In this document: positions 41,122-51,000 of the stretch, piece after piece
How positions within the stretch are numbered: position 1 is the first letter of the stretch
Layout of the letters: every line of letters begins with the position of its first letter
Assembly (NCBI GenBank): GCA_964606485.1
Contig: CAZSGP010000002.1
Location: forward strand, 319,620 to 383,619
Direction of reading: 5' to 3'
Length of the DNA stretch: 64,000 nt
Source: an uncultured Planctomycetia bacterium
Lineage (GTDB): Bacteria > Omnitrophota > Gorgyraeia > 2-02-FULL-51-18
Translations under genes and position numbers: made by a program
Notes under the pieces: generated by a model
The model's input: the letters and a program-made list of their open reading frames with translations, nothing else
Told to the model about the DNA's origin: nothing
Databases searched by the model: none

Positions 41122-42353
41122 TGCCCCAACACTTCCTGAACTTTTAAAATTCCTTCGATCAATTTATCAATTTCCTGAGTGGTGTTGTAAAACGCGAAAC
41201 TTGCGCGTGCGGTGGCGGGCACTCCAAAACGTCTCATCGCCGGTTGCGCGCAGTGATGCCCCGCTCGAATGGCAATGCCACACTGGTCAAGCACGGTGCC
41301 GATATCGTGCGGGTGAATACCCTCCATCGTAAACGACACGAGGCTCGCCTTCTCGCGTGCCGTTCCAATAATTTTAAGCCCCTTGATTTCCGCTAATTTT
41401 TTTGTCGCGTAAACGAGCAGCTCTTTTTCATAAGCTTCAATCGCCTCAAAACCAACGCTTTGAAGATAGTCGATGGCGGCCCCCAAGCCCACGATTTCGG
41501 CAATGGCTGGCGTGCCTGCTTCAAATTTGGCTGGGATTTTTGCGTACGTCGTTTTTTCAAATGTCACACTTTCAATCATGTCGCCGCCGGATTGGTACGG
41601 GTCCATCATTTCTAAAACTTTGCGCTTACCGTACAACACGCCTATGCCGGTCGGCCCGTAAACTTTGTGCCCCGAGAAACAATAAAAATCACAATCGAGC
41701 GCTTGCACATCCACTTTCATGTGGGGCGTACTCTGCGCGCCATCAATCAAGACCAAGGCCCCGGCGTGATGGGCGATTTTTACGATTTCTTCGACAGGAT
41801 TAATCGTCCCAATCGCATTCGACACGTGATTGACTGCCACAAAATAAGTGCGCGTCGTCAGCATCTTTTCAAATGCGTCCAAATCAAGCTCTCCGCGGTC
41901 GTTAACCGGGATCACTTTTAAAACGAGTTCTTTTTCTTCGCAAAGCCTCTGCCAGGGAACGATATTCGAGTGATGTTCGAGCGTCGAAATAATAATTTCA
42001 TCGCCCTTTTTCAAAAGTTTTCGTCCGTAACCTGCCGCGACCAAATTAATCGCCTCGGTCGCGCCGCGCACAAAAATAATTTCTTCTTTTTCTTTGGCAT
42101 TCAAAAAATCGCGGCATTTCACGCGCACCGCTTCGCATTCTTCGGTGGACGTCTGCGAAAAGGTATACACGCCGCGGTGCACCGTGGCGTATTCCTTTTT
42201 ATAGAACTCCGACAGACGCTCAATCACCAAAAAAGGCTTCTGTGTCGTCGCAGCATTATCAAGATAGACAAGTGGAAGTCCATTCATCCGGCTGCGAAGC
42301 ATCGGAAATTCCTGGCGAATTTTATGAGCGTCAAGCATGGGCATTGAGAGCAT
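41118..42353 (-). CDS. sufS: Cysteine desulfurase SufS
   Basis: 411 aa. PLP-lysine motif FSGHKVYGPTGIGVLYGK and active-site Cys HHCAQP. Confidence 0.9.
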   Translation of the reverse strand: MLSMPMLDAHKIRQEFPMLRSRMNGLPLVYLDNAATTQKPFLVIERLSEFYKKEYATVHRGVYTFSQTSTEECEAVRVKCRDFLNAKEKEEIIFVRGATEAINLVAAGYGRKLLKKGDEIIISTLEHHSNIVPWQRLCEEKELVLKVIPVNDRGELDLDAFEKMLTTRTYFVAVNHVSNAIGTINPVEEIVKIAHHAGALVLIDGAQSTPHMKVDVQALDCDFYCFSGHKVYGPTGIGVLYGKRKVLEMMDPYQSGGDMIESVTFEKTTYAKIPAKFEAGTPAIAEIVGLGAAIDYLQSVGFEAIEAYEKELLVYATKKLAEIKGLKIIGTAREKASLVSFTMEGIHPHDIGTVLDQCGIAIRAGHHCAQPAMRRFGVPATARASFAFYNTTQEIDKLIEGILKVQEVLGH

Positions 42354-43074
42354 CTCGCATCCCCTCTCTGACTAGCGCTTCAAGCTGGCTACGCACAGTT
42401 CGGTCCTTAATTTGCTGTAAAATTTCATCCGCAAACCCATACACCAGCAAGCTTTTGGCTTGGTCTTCGCTCAAACCCCGACTCTTCAAATAAAAAAGCT
42501 CGCGCTCATCGATCTGCCCCACGGTTGCGCCGTGCGCGCAGGAGACATCGTCGTTTTCAATTTGAAGCTCAGGCTTTGCATCCGCATGCGCTCCGCTTGA
42601 TAACAGTAAATTTTTATTGAGCTGCTTCGAATCAGACTTCACCGCGTCTTTGTGCACATGGACAAGGCTTTCAAAATCCGACCGAGACTCATCGAGTAAA
42701 ATATTTTTAAAAATTTGACGGCTTGTGCAGCGGGGCGTCGAGTGCTCCACGCGCGCTTTGTGGGATACGCGTGATTTTCCTTTCAAGAGAGACAACCCTT
42801 TTAAATCCGCCTCCGCCCCTTCTCCATTAAACTCGACCACGTGTTCATTTTGAGCGTTCGTCCCACCGCTTGAAAAAGAAACCAGCGTTAGCTTTGCATT
42901 TTTCTCCAAATGAAAATGGTTTAAAAGCGCAATCGATCCATCTTTTTGGATTTGCGTTACCAAAAGCTCAGCATCTTCGCCAATCCAGGCTTCAACCCCT
43001 TCATTCTCGAGAGAGGTTTGAAGCGTTTGGCCTTTAGCGAGTTTGATTTGTTTGTTCATACCCTTTTTTCTCAA
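42331..43074 (-). CDS. sufD: Short SufD-like Fe-S assembly protein
   Basis: 247 aa with a SufD C-terminal beta-helix region ([23 protein letters not shown]). It overlaps the sufC end. Confidence 0.65.
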   Translation of the reverse strand: MRKKGMNKQIKLAKGQTLQTSLENEGVEAWIGEDAELLVTQIQKDGSIALLNHFHLEKNAKLTLVSFSSGGTNAQNEHVVEFNGEGAEADLKGLSLLKGKSRVSHKARVEHSTPRCTSRQIFKNILLDESRSDFESLVHVHKDAVKSDSKQLNKNLLLSSGAHADAKPELQIENDDVSCAHGATVGQIDERELFYLKSRGLSEDQAKSLLVYGFADEILQQIKDRTVRSQLEALVREGMRDALNAHA

Positions 43075-43780
43075 GTTCTAGCGCGAGCGTCTTGTCGCCC
43101 GAACGCACAATTTTCCCGTCAGCCATGATGTGCACAAAATCGGGTTTCACATAGTCGAGCAAGCGCTGATAATGAGTGATCAAAATAATGGCATTGTCCG
43201 CGCGGCGCAGGGCGTTCACGCCACCGGCTACTTCGCGCAGTGCGTCAATGTCGAGGCCCGAATCCGTTTCGTCTAAAATGGCTAAGTCCGGATCGAGCAC
43301 CGCCATTTGTAAAATTTCATTCCGCTTTTTCTCGCCACCTGAAAAACCCTGATTCAGTGAACGTGTTAAAAATATTTCAGGCATATTCACGGTTTTGAGT
43401 TTTTCGCGCACGAGTTCATCAAACTCCAAAGGATCAGCTTCTTTCTGGCCTTTAAATTTGCGCTTGGCGTTGTAGGCCATTCGCAAAAATGAAGCATTGT
43501 TCACACCCGGAATCTCAACCGGGTATTGAAACGCCATGAAAATTCCACTCAGCGCGCGCTCGGTCGGCTCAATTGTGAGAAGACTCTTTCCCTTATAAAG
43601 GATTTCGCCTTCAGTCACCTTGTAATGGGGGTCTCCTGCCAACACTTTCGACAGCGTGCTCTTGCCGGAACCGTTCGGTCCCATAATGGCGTGCACCTGC
43701 CCAGGTTTCACCTCAAGCGAAAAGCCTTTTAAAATTTCTTTGCCGTTAATCTCAGCGTGTAAATTTTTAATGCTTAGCAT
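43034..43780 (-). CDS. sufC: Fe-S cluster assembly ATPase SufC
   Basis: Start taken at [13 protein letters not shown]. Walker [10 protein letters not shown] and ABC signature FSGGEKKR. Confidence 0.9.
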   Translation of the reverse strand: MLSIKNLHAEINGKEILKGFSLEVKPGQVHAIMGPNGSGKSTLSKVLAGDPHYKVTEGEILYKGKSLLTIEPTERALSGIFMAFQYPVEIPGVNNASFLRMAYNAKRKFKGQKEADPLEFDELVREKLKTVNMPEIFLTRSLNQGFSGGEKKRNEILQMAVLDPDLAILDETDSGLDIDALREVAGGVNALRRADNAIILITHYQRLLDYVKPDFVHIMADGKIVRSGDKTLALELEKKGYEQTNQTR

Positions 43781-43796
43781 AATTCTCCTTTTCAAA

Positions 43797-43906
43797 CCAC
43801 CTCCCCGGCGCTTCGCGTCCACCCCTCCTTGGTAAGGAGGGGAAATCGCTAGCCCTTTCCTCCCCTTACCAAGGGGAGGTGTCCACCGCAGTGGACGGAG
43901 GGGTCA
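43797..43906. repeat. 110-nt multi-hairpin intercistronic repeat element, copy C
   Basis: Near-identical to copy A. It lies between the sufB stop and the sufC start and provides AAAAGGAG before the sufC ATG. Confidence 0.8.
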
Positions 43907-45349
43907 GCCTGTTGCACCTTCCAACTTAAGTCCTAGTAATTGCGTTGCCTCGACCGCGAATTCGCCGGGAAGTTCACGAAACACGTCCTTGCAAAATCCA
44001 TTGATGATGGCGCTCATCGCGTCTTCTGAGGAGATTCCCCGTTGTTGAAAATAAAAAAGTTGGTCGTCGCTCACCTTCGATGTCGTGGCTTCGTGTTCCA
44101 CCTGCGACTGAGGCTGGCTCGAACGAATCACTGGAAACGTGTTGGCTGTGCACTTAGAGCCAACGAGCAGCGAATCGCACTGCGTAAAATTGCGCGCACC
44201 GGTTGCGGATTTTTTAATATCCACCAAACCACGATACGTGTTTTGTCCATGTCCCGCAGAAATTCCCTTCGAAATAATCGTGCTCTTCGTATTTTTTCCA
44301 ATGTGAATCATTTTCGTTCCGGTATCCGCCTGCTGAAAATGATTGGCGAGGGCCACCGAGTAAAATTCACCCACGGAATTGTCTCCGGCCAAAATGCAGC
44401 TAGGGTATTTCCAGGTAATCGCGGAACCCGTCTCGACTTGAGTCCAGGAAATCTTAGAATTGAATCCGGCACACTTGCCACGCTTTGTCACAAAATTAAA
44501 AATGCCGCCTTTTCCGGTTTTAGGATCCCCCGCGTACCAGTTTTGAACCGTGGAGTATTTGATTTCAGAATTTTCAAGCGCCACAAGCTCTACAATCGCC
44601 GCATGGAGTTGATTGGAATCAAATTTCGGGGCGGTGCAACCTTCTAAATAAGAAACGGTGCTATTGTCCTCGCAAATAATCAGCGTTCGCTCAAATTGTC
44701 CTGAGCCTTCAGTGTTGATACGGAAATAGCTCGAAAGTTCCATGGGACATTTGGTGTTTTTAGGAATATAAACAAATGATCCGTCCGAAAAAACAGCGGA
44801 GTTCAAGGCCGCAAAAAAATTATCGGTGTACGGAACCACCGAGCCCATGTATTTTTTCACAAGGTCCGGGTACTTTTCGACCGCCTCGGAGAATGGGCAA
44901 AACACCACGCCCACTTCGAGCAATTTCTTTTTATAACTCGTCGCGACCGATACGCTGTCAAAAATGGCGTCCACTGCAACACCGGCGAGCTTTTTTTGCT
45001 CCATCAGCGGAATACCAAGCTTTTCGAAGGTTTTCTTGAGCTCCGGATCCACCTCATCCATGCTTTTTAATTTTTCGGGAGAGGGTTTCGGCGCCGAATA
45101 ATAAATAATATTTTGGTAATCAATCGGATCGTATGTGGCATGTGCCCAATGAGGCTCTTTCATTGTCTGCCAATGCCGGAATGCTTTTAAACGAAACTCT
45201 AGCATCCACTCCGGCTCATTTTTTTTCTTGGAAATGAGACGCACCGTGTCCTCGGTGAGGCCTTTTGGAATAACATCCGCCCCAATATCGGTTTTGAAAC
45301 CGTATTTGTATTCTTGGCTCGTTATTTTTTGAATGGCCTTTTGGCTCAT
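43904..45349 (-). CDS. sufB: Fe-S cluster assembly protein SufB
   Basis: 481 aa with a typical SufB sequence ([18 protein letters not shown]...). Confidence 0.9.
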   Translation of the reverse strand: MSQKAIQKITSQEYKYGFKTDIGADVIPKGLTEDTVRLISKKKNEPEWMLEFRLKAFRHWQTMKEPHWAHATYDPIDYQNIIYYSAPKPSPEKLKSMDEVDPELKKTFEKLGIPLMEQKKLAGVAVDAIFDSVSVATSYKKKLLEVGVVFCPFSEAVEKYPDLVKKYMGSVVPYTDNFFAALNSAVFSDGSFVYIPKNTKCPMELSSYFRINTEGSGQFERTLIICEDNSTVSYLEGCTAPKFDSNQLHAAIVELVALENSEIKYSTVQNWYAGDPKTGKGGIFNFVTKRGKCAGFNSKISWTQVETGSAITWKYPSCILAGDNSVGEFYSVALANHFQQADTGTKMIHIGKNTKSTIISKGISAGHGQNTYRGLVDIKKSATGARNFTQCDSLLVGSKCTANTFPVIRSSQPQSQVEHEATTSKVSDDQLFYFQQRGISSEDAMSAIINGFCKDVFRELPGEFAVEATQLLGLKLEGATG

Positions 45350-45357
45350 AGTTTCCT

Positions 45358-45416
45358 GTCATCCCCGCGTAGGCGGGGATCGAATCGTTAGATTCCCGCT
45401 TTCGCGGGAATGACAC
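45358..45416. repeat. Double-hairpin REP-like element, family 1 (GTCATCCCCGCGTAGGCGGGGATC ... ATTCCCGCTTTCGCGGGAATGAC), copy 1
   Basis: Two GC-rich hairpins. It translates to the REP-derived peptide IPAYAGMTG / VIPAKAGI and forms the last codons of the rrf2 ORF. Confidence 0.8.
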
Positions 45417-45879
45417 TACCTTCCTGTCTTGCGCTCAACAATGAAAATTGCACTTCCGCCTGGCTTTTAGTTAAGGTTTCAAGCGTAATCGAATCAAAAA
45501 AATGATCCAGCAAATCTTTGGTGCGCTTCCACACGGGCTTCGCCCCGCACATGCAAATATGATTGCAAACAATGTCTTCTCTCACATGCGGATCGCAGAA
45601 CACTTCAAAGGTGCTGCCTTCGAGCGCATCAATAATTTGCCGAACGGTAATTTCCGACGGCGCTTTCGCGAGCACGTATCCGCCTTGATTACCGGTTTGA
45701 GCCGTCACGAGCTTTGCATTTCGAAGCGCTTGTAAAATTTTCTCGATGTAAGCCACCGGATAATTTTCTTTTTTGGCGAGTTCTTTAATCGTCATCAGCG
45801 TCGCCTGTCCTTCGCGCGCCAAAGCGATCATGCAAACAAGGCCGTATTCGGTTTTAGTGGTGTATCTCATGCTCGCCAT
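45388..45879 (-). CDS. Rrf2-family transcriptional regulator (IscR-like)
   Basis: Start taken at MASMRYTTKTEYGLVCM. Rrf2 wHTH with IscR-type cysteines (CDPHVREDIVCNHICMC). The C-terminal about 10 aa are encoded by the REP element. Confidence 0.8.
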   Translation of the reverse strand: MASMRYTTKTEYGLVCMIALAREGQATLMTIKELAKKENYPVAYIEKILQALRNAKLVTAQTGNQGGYVLAKAPSEITVRQIIDALEGSTFEVFCDPHVREDIVCNHICMCGAKPVWKRTKDLLDHFFDSITLETLTKSQAEVQFSLLSARQEGSVIPAKAGI

Positions 45880-46255
45880 TTCCTTGGTTATTTTTATTCG
45901 TGGACGAATCCGCCGACGCTCCAGTGGCGGAAGAAGAAACCGTAAAAGACGTCCCACAACCACAAGTACCCGTCGCGTTGGGATTCACAAATTTAAATCC
46001 ACCTGATAATAAATCGCTCGAATAATCGACATGCATTCCCCCCAAATAAAGCAGGCTCTTAATGTCAGACACCACTTTGAGTCCGTCCACATCGAAGGCG
46101 CGGTCATTTTCGCCCATTTGATTGTCGAATTTGACGTCATAGCTAAAGCCCGAACATCCCCCGCCCTTGACGCCCACCCGAAGGAAAACGTCTGGCTTTT
46201 GGTCTGCAATCAGCTTCCTTACATGTTGCTTGGCTGCATCTGTTAGTTGGATCAT
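45854..46255 (-). CDS. IscA/SufA/ErpA-type Fe-S cluster insertion protein
   Basis: Start at MIQLTDAAKQHV. HesB motifs with the C-terminal cysteines GTCGCGTSF. Five upstream codons of the listed ORF come from REP copy 2. Confidence 0.85.
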   Translation of the reverse strand: MIQLTDAAKQHVRKLIADQKPDVFLRVGVKGGGCSGFSYDVKFDNQMGENDRAFDVDGLKVVSDIKSLLYLGGMHVDYSSDLLSGGFKFVNPNATGTCGCGTSFTVSSSATGASADSSTNKNNQGNGEHEIHH

Positions 46256-46264
46256 GCTTGCCTC

Positions 46265-46326
46265 CGTCATTCCCGCGAAAGCGGGAATCTAATCGCTTTG
46301 ATCCCCGCCTACGCGGGGATGACAAG
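46265..46326. repeat. Double-hairpin REP-like element, family 1, copy 2 (inverted relative to copy 1)
   Basis: CGTCATTCCCGCGAAAGCGGGAATC..GATCCCCGCCTACGCGGGGATGAC. It translates to RFRGNDG in a spurious ORF. Confidence 0.8.
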
Positions 46327-46419
46327 TGTATTCGGACTAAATAAGTCTGAATTTGGTCGATTAAAAAAGCCAGCGGGCGTTACGCCGACTGACAGGAAAA
46401 TTATACTCTAAAATCTATG

Positions 46420-46839
46420 TTATGTCCAGGTGACTCGGTAAAGCATCCAATACACCACCACTCCCGTAACCGAAACGTACAACCAGATCGGCCAGGTGAG
46501 CCGCGCAATTCGTTTGTGCCCCTCGTAGTTACCCCGAAACGCCTTCACAAGCGTCGTAATCACAAGCGGCGGAACCAGCGCCGCGAGCACGGTGTGAGTC
46601 CCCAGAATAGACAGGTAAACGGTCCGGATAAGCCCCTGCCCCTGAAAGTGTGTTGCCCCATGGTGATAGTGGTAATAAAGATACGAGGCTAAAAATAACG
46701 TAGAAACCGCGCAGGCTCCAATCATGCAAAATACATGAGCCGTTTTATTCTGTTTCTTGATGAAATAAAAACCGAAGATCAAAAAAACCGCGCTAATAAA
46801 GTTAAGCACTGCATTGAGCGTAGGGAGATGGATTTGCAT
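46420..46839 (-). CDS. DUF420-family integral membrane protein
   Basis: 139 aa with 4 TM helices and a histidine-rich loop (YYHYHHGATHF). Confidence 0.55.
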   Translation of the reverse strand: MQIHLPTLNAVLNFISAVFLIFGFYFIKKQNKTAHVFCMIGACAVSTLFLASYLYYHYHHGATHFQGQGLIRTVYLSILGTHTVLAALVPPLVITTLVKAFRGNYEGHKRIARLTWPIWLYVSVTGVVVYWMLYRVTWT

Positions 46840-46846
46840 TCGGGTC

Positions 46847-47998
46847 CTAGGCTAAATCTTTATAATAATCGATCGCTGTTTTCCAAGGAATAATTTCAAA
46901 ACCCTCCGCTGACTTCCGGGCGATTTTATCACTCAGCGAAACAATAAACAAAGGGACTTTTGGAAATTGGCTTTTAAATGCCTTCACAGCCAAATTATTA
47001 ACAATGGACCGGCCCGACTTGAGTTCAAATGCGGCCAAAGGCCCGCGCCCTCCTGACACGAGCAAATCAATTTCGTGTGCACCCTCTCTCCACAACGAAA
47101 ACTCGTGCGCTTTTCCAAAATAATCCCGGCACCGCTTTAACTCTCCAAAAAACCAAGTTTCAAATAAAATTCCCATTTCCGCGGGAGTGGGAGGGTCGTT
47201 TAACCTGTTTTGAATGGCCCGCACAACCCCGCAGTCAAAAAAATAAAATTTAGGACGGGCTTTTTTTCGCTCGCTCCGGTCCCAAGGCCACAAAAATTCT
47301 CCCAGCAAGGTATCTTCCAAAATAGAATAGTATTCCTTCACCGTACTAGATGGCACCGAGCATTCTCTTGAAATGTTCTGAAATTCGATCATTTGGCCGT
47401 TCGATTGAACGGCAATATTTAAAAATCGTTGAAACGCCCCAACGTTTCGGGTCAGGGCTTCTGCCTGAATCTCTTCTTTTATGTAAGTGGTGTAGTAGGA
47501 TTTTAAAAGCGCTTTGACTTCCTCAATTTCACGGCGGATAAAAAAGTCGCTGATTTTAGGAAGAGTGCCATACTCTAGCGCATCGGACACCCGAAACGAA
47601 TCACCTATTTCTTCGGCGGCCAAAGCATGAAGCTTGAGATCACGGGCCCTACCTCCCAGAAGGTTAGCTCCACCACGACGAAGCTTCCGAGCGCTGGAAC
47701 CGGACAAAATAAACCTCAAACCAAGCTCTTCAATCCCCTTTTGCACATAGTCAAGCAACGCGGGAACTTTTTGAATTTCATCTACGGCAACTAAACTTCC
47801 TTTTGGCAGAGCTGAAATAATCTCCCAAAAACGCCGCGGAGCTTGCTTAAACTCAAGCTCCTTTTCAGGATCCAAAAGATCAATCTGGTGTGCGCCTTTT
47901 AGGCTTTTTATTAAGGATGTTTTTCCGGTCATGCGCGGGCCAAACAAAAAGGCCGATGTTTTGACTTTCTGGAGATCCAAAAGACGATGAAATCGCAT
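46847..47998 (-). CDS. AAA-family ATPase with a DUF4143 domain
   Basis: 383 aa. Walker A GPRMTGKTS. The architecture AAA_14 + DUF4143 is inferred from motifs. Confidence 0.75.
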   Translation of the reverse strand: MRFHRLLDLQKVKTSAFLFGPRMTGKTSLIKSLKGAHQIDLLDPEKELEFKQAPRRFWEIISALPKGSLVAVDEIQKVPALLDYVQKGIEELGLRFILSGSSARKLRRGGANLLGGRARDLKLHALAAEEIGDSFRVSDALEYGTLPKISDFFIRREIEEVKALLKSYYTTYIKEEIQAEALTRNVGAFQRFLNIAVQSNGQMIEFQNISRECSVPSSTVKEYYSILEDTLLGEFLWPWDRSERKKARPKFYFFDCGVVRAIQNRLNDPPTPAEMGILFETWFFGELKRCRDYFGKAHEFSLWREGAHEIDLLVSGGRGPLAAFELKSGRSIVNNLAVKAFKSQFPKVPLFIVSLSDKIARKSAEGFEIIPWKTAIDYYKDLA

Positions 47999-48069
47999 GA
48001 AATATAAATAACATATAGATGTTATTTAATCAAGTTTTATAACATAATGCCACGGCTCAATGGGGGGGG

Positions 48070-51000
48070 CTACGCAGATGCTCCTATTGAGGCAAGCGAC
48101 GTCTTTGCAAACTCCACAAACTTCGCCCAGTCGAGCACGGCGAGCACTTTTAAGGAGAGTTTTTTGTAAAATTGTGTGTCGATAGTGGTAACTTTTTTAA
48201 TGGCCTGAAATGCCGCAGGCAAAAGCTCCGAGAACGAGTCGCTTCTTAAATTATTCCACATTTGCTTTAAAGTGTCGGTGACCGACGGCAATCGAGCAGC
48301 CGCCACAGCAAAAGTCGCACTCGCCGCAAATGGAATGGCGGATTTGCCATCACCAAAATTTTCAAAGACCACAGCACCTGCTCCATCAGCTTGGGCGAGT
48401 TTCAAGGCCGCGTCGCTGAGCTTGGAAAAATAGACCATTTCGTACTGATCGCGAGCCAGTCCCTGCAAAGCGTCGGAAGCGCCGTATTCTAAAAAGCGCT
48501 CCCCCGCTAGAGTTCCAAACTGCAACAGCACATTGCTTCCGGCCACAGCGCGAACGGATTTTATTTTAGAAGCGTAAAGCGAAAGCTCTTCGACACTCAA
48601 TTCTTTTTCGGTCACAATTCTTAAAACCACGGTGCGGTCGTTGGAGATGCCTGATTTCTGATAGAGCCTCGTGATCAAGCGCGTCACGCGTTCATTTTCG
48701 GAGTTCAGCTCTAACACTTCCGGTGACGCCATTTGAATCTGTTGACCCACGACGCGCGGTAAGACGGCAACGCTTTCGGAATTGAGTTTGTGTGCTTTTT
48801 CGCGCGTGGCTTCATCAAACGTTAACTTGCCGATGAAAACACGAGCCTCTTCCCCGACGTCACCTCGCCGGTAAAGCTCAACGGCAAGCCCTGCGTCTAC
48901 GAATTTAACTAAAGTAATTCCCGTTAAAAAGGAAAAGGGTCGAGACAATTCATCCTTCGAAAATTGCGCACCAACTTTGTCCGCCAAGCGCGCTAAGAGC
49001 AGAGTGTCAGACGCTTCGAAAGCGCTAGGCATGGATTTGATTTCGTTGGATGGAAGGCGTGCGCCGTAAATTTCTTTAAATGTCGGCACTAATTCTTCGA
49101 TATCCGGCACCTGATAAACCTTAAACGCGGTCTCGCCATTTAACGCGCCTTTATTTTTAAATTTGAGCGTGAATAATTCGGACTGCTGAGGATCTCCCCA
49201 GGCTTTCGGATAATACGGCCCGACATGATTGCCCCACTGACCCATTACAGCAAACGCTCCAGGCTTAAGTTCGCGGCCCAGCTTTTCCCGAAGAGCCGAT
49301 TGAAAACTTTCTCTCTTACCCACACCCAAACCGCTGGGTTGTGTGTAGTAAAAATAAAAAACATCAACCTGACTCCAAGACACCGCCAGTGCGTCCGTGT
49401 TTCCCAAAAATGTAAAATTGTCTCTGGGAACGAGTTGCCAAAATTTGGACTGAATCAGCACGTCCCGGGCGGCCCTCGAAATATCCGCGTCCTTTTCAAC
49501 CGCCGTAATTTTCATCCCGTACAGATAAGCCGCCACGGCAGAAACGCGGAAATCTCCGGAACCCATTTCAAAAAACTGCTTTCCTTCAAGCGACCCTTTT
49601 TCTTTTAATAATTTTTCAAACACTTCAAAAATACTCTTCAGATCCGTTGGTTTGTAGAAACTCGTGTCCGCTACCGCACCTTCCGCATCTTTGAATGCAT
49701 CACCCTGAGTTTCGTAAAACTTCTGAAGCTCTTGGAGTCTCGCCATTCGGCCCTGTTTGCCAAGGGCCAATCGCGCACCAACGCCCACCAGTTGTTGGTT
49801 GGGAGCTAAATCTGGAGCAATCTCTTTAAGAGGCGCTGTCGCTGCGAACATGGGTCGAGGGGCGAGCAGCTCTTGCATCAATTGCTCGGGAGCGGCTCCT
49901 GTCAAAATAAGACGCTCCCCCTTGGCCTCAAACGGCACGTAGGACAGCCAACCCTTTTTGATCGAGAACTCCACCTGATCTTTGGGAAGCGCTTTTAATT
50001 GAACTGTACCGAATGAAGTTCGATTTTTATTGTTGTTGAACGTATGAATCGGAACCAGAATCTCCGCTTTGGCATCTTTCGGATGGTCACGAAGAAAATC
50101 GTTCACTTGTCGGCTTCGACGATCTGTAAGATATTGATTTAGATTAAAATTCTCAACGGCCAGTGAAAGAGCCCCCGACTTCTCGTCAACTGCTAGAATT
50201 CCTAGACGCAAATCACGCACCACTTCTCTAAAATTAGCCCAAACAGACGCCTGTCCTGCTAACGGAATCCAGTAAAGTCGATATTTTTTTGCGCCAAGCG
50301 CGGCTTTGTTTAATTGGTAAAATGATCTCAAATCGGAAAGACGGGCGCCTTCCATCTCCACTCTTCTTTCTTTTGCGGGTTCTTCGGTCACCTTCTCATC
50401 AACAACCGTTGTGGGCTTTTTCTCGCTGAGTATCGCTTCCGCTGAAATACCCTCCTTAAGACTCCGATCAACTTCCCGGGGAGTTAACTGGCCAACTTGA
50501 GCATCTATTTGTTTCAAGATAGCGTCTGAACGAGTCTTTTTAATTTTTAATTCGGCGATTTCATTCGCCTTCTGCTTGATTTTTTCTTTTTCTGTGTTGG
50601 TTAATGCGAAAGCATCTTGGAGAATTTCAAGATCGCCATCGCGATTAACTTGAGTCTCTGCTCCATTCCACTGCTCAGCCAGCTCTTGTGTCATCGTTTC
50701 AAAAACCTCGCCCGTCATCGTGCCTTTAAGTTTTTCATCGCCCTCCAGCGTTAGATCTTGAGGAATGGGCGCATTCAGATTTTTGGCTACGAGCCGCTTG
50801 AGACGAAAAGCTTCGCGAGGCTCGATGTAATCGTGTTCCTTTAGGATCTCTGTCGTTATTTTTTCGATGTCTTTTTCACTAACCTCCTTAACGGCAGATG
50901 AATCGGCGGCGATACGACCGAGCGTGTTCAGATTGTCCAGCGTATTTGCGACGGAACCTTTGTTAACTTGCTCGGTAGCTTCGCTGGCTAAAGTGGCTAT

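Noticed and set aside
39871-43906. Possibility that the three 110-bp repeats are a CRISPR array
   Set aside because: Spacing is irregular (about 0.7 kb and 3.1 kb). Each copy sits between conserved operon genes. The repeats are about 110 bp and highly structured, and there are no cas genes. They are REP/BIME-like elements.
45216-45416. ORF encoding [21 protein letters not shown]...
   Set aside because: It is a translation of the family-1 REP hairpins and overlaps the sufB 3' end. It is a known type of spurious REP-derived ORF.
46326-46419. 94-bp intergenic region checked for a tRNA or small RNA gene
   Set aside because: No tRNA-like acceptor or T-arm (GTTCxA) features. There are only short hairpins consistent with a terminator or promoter.
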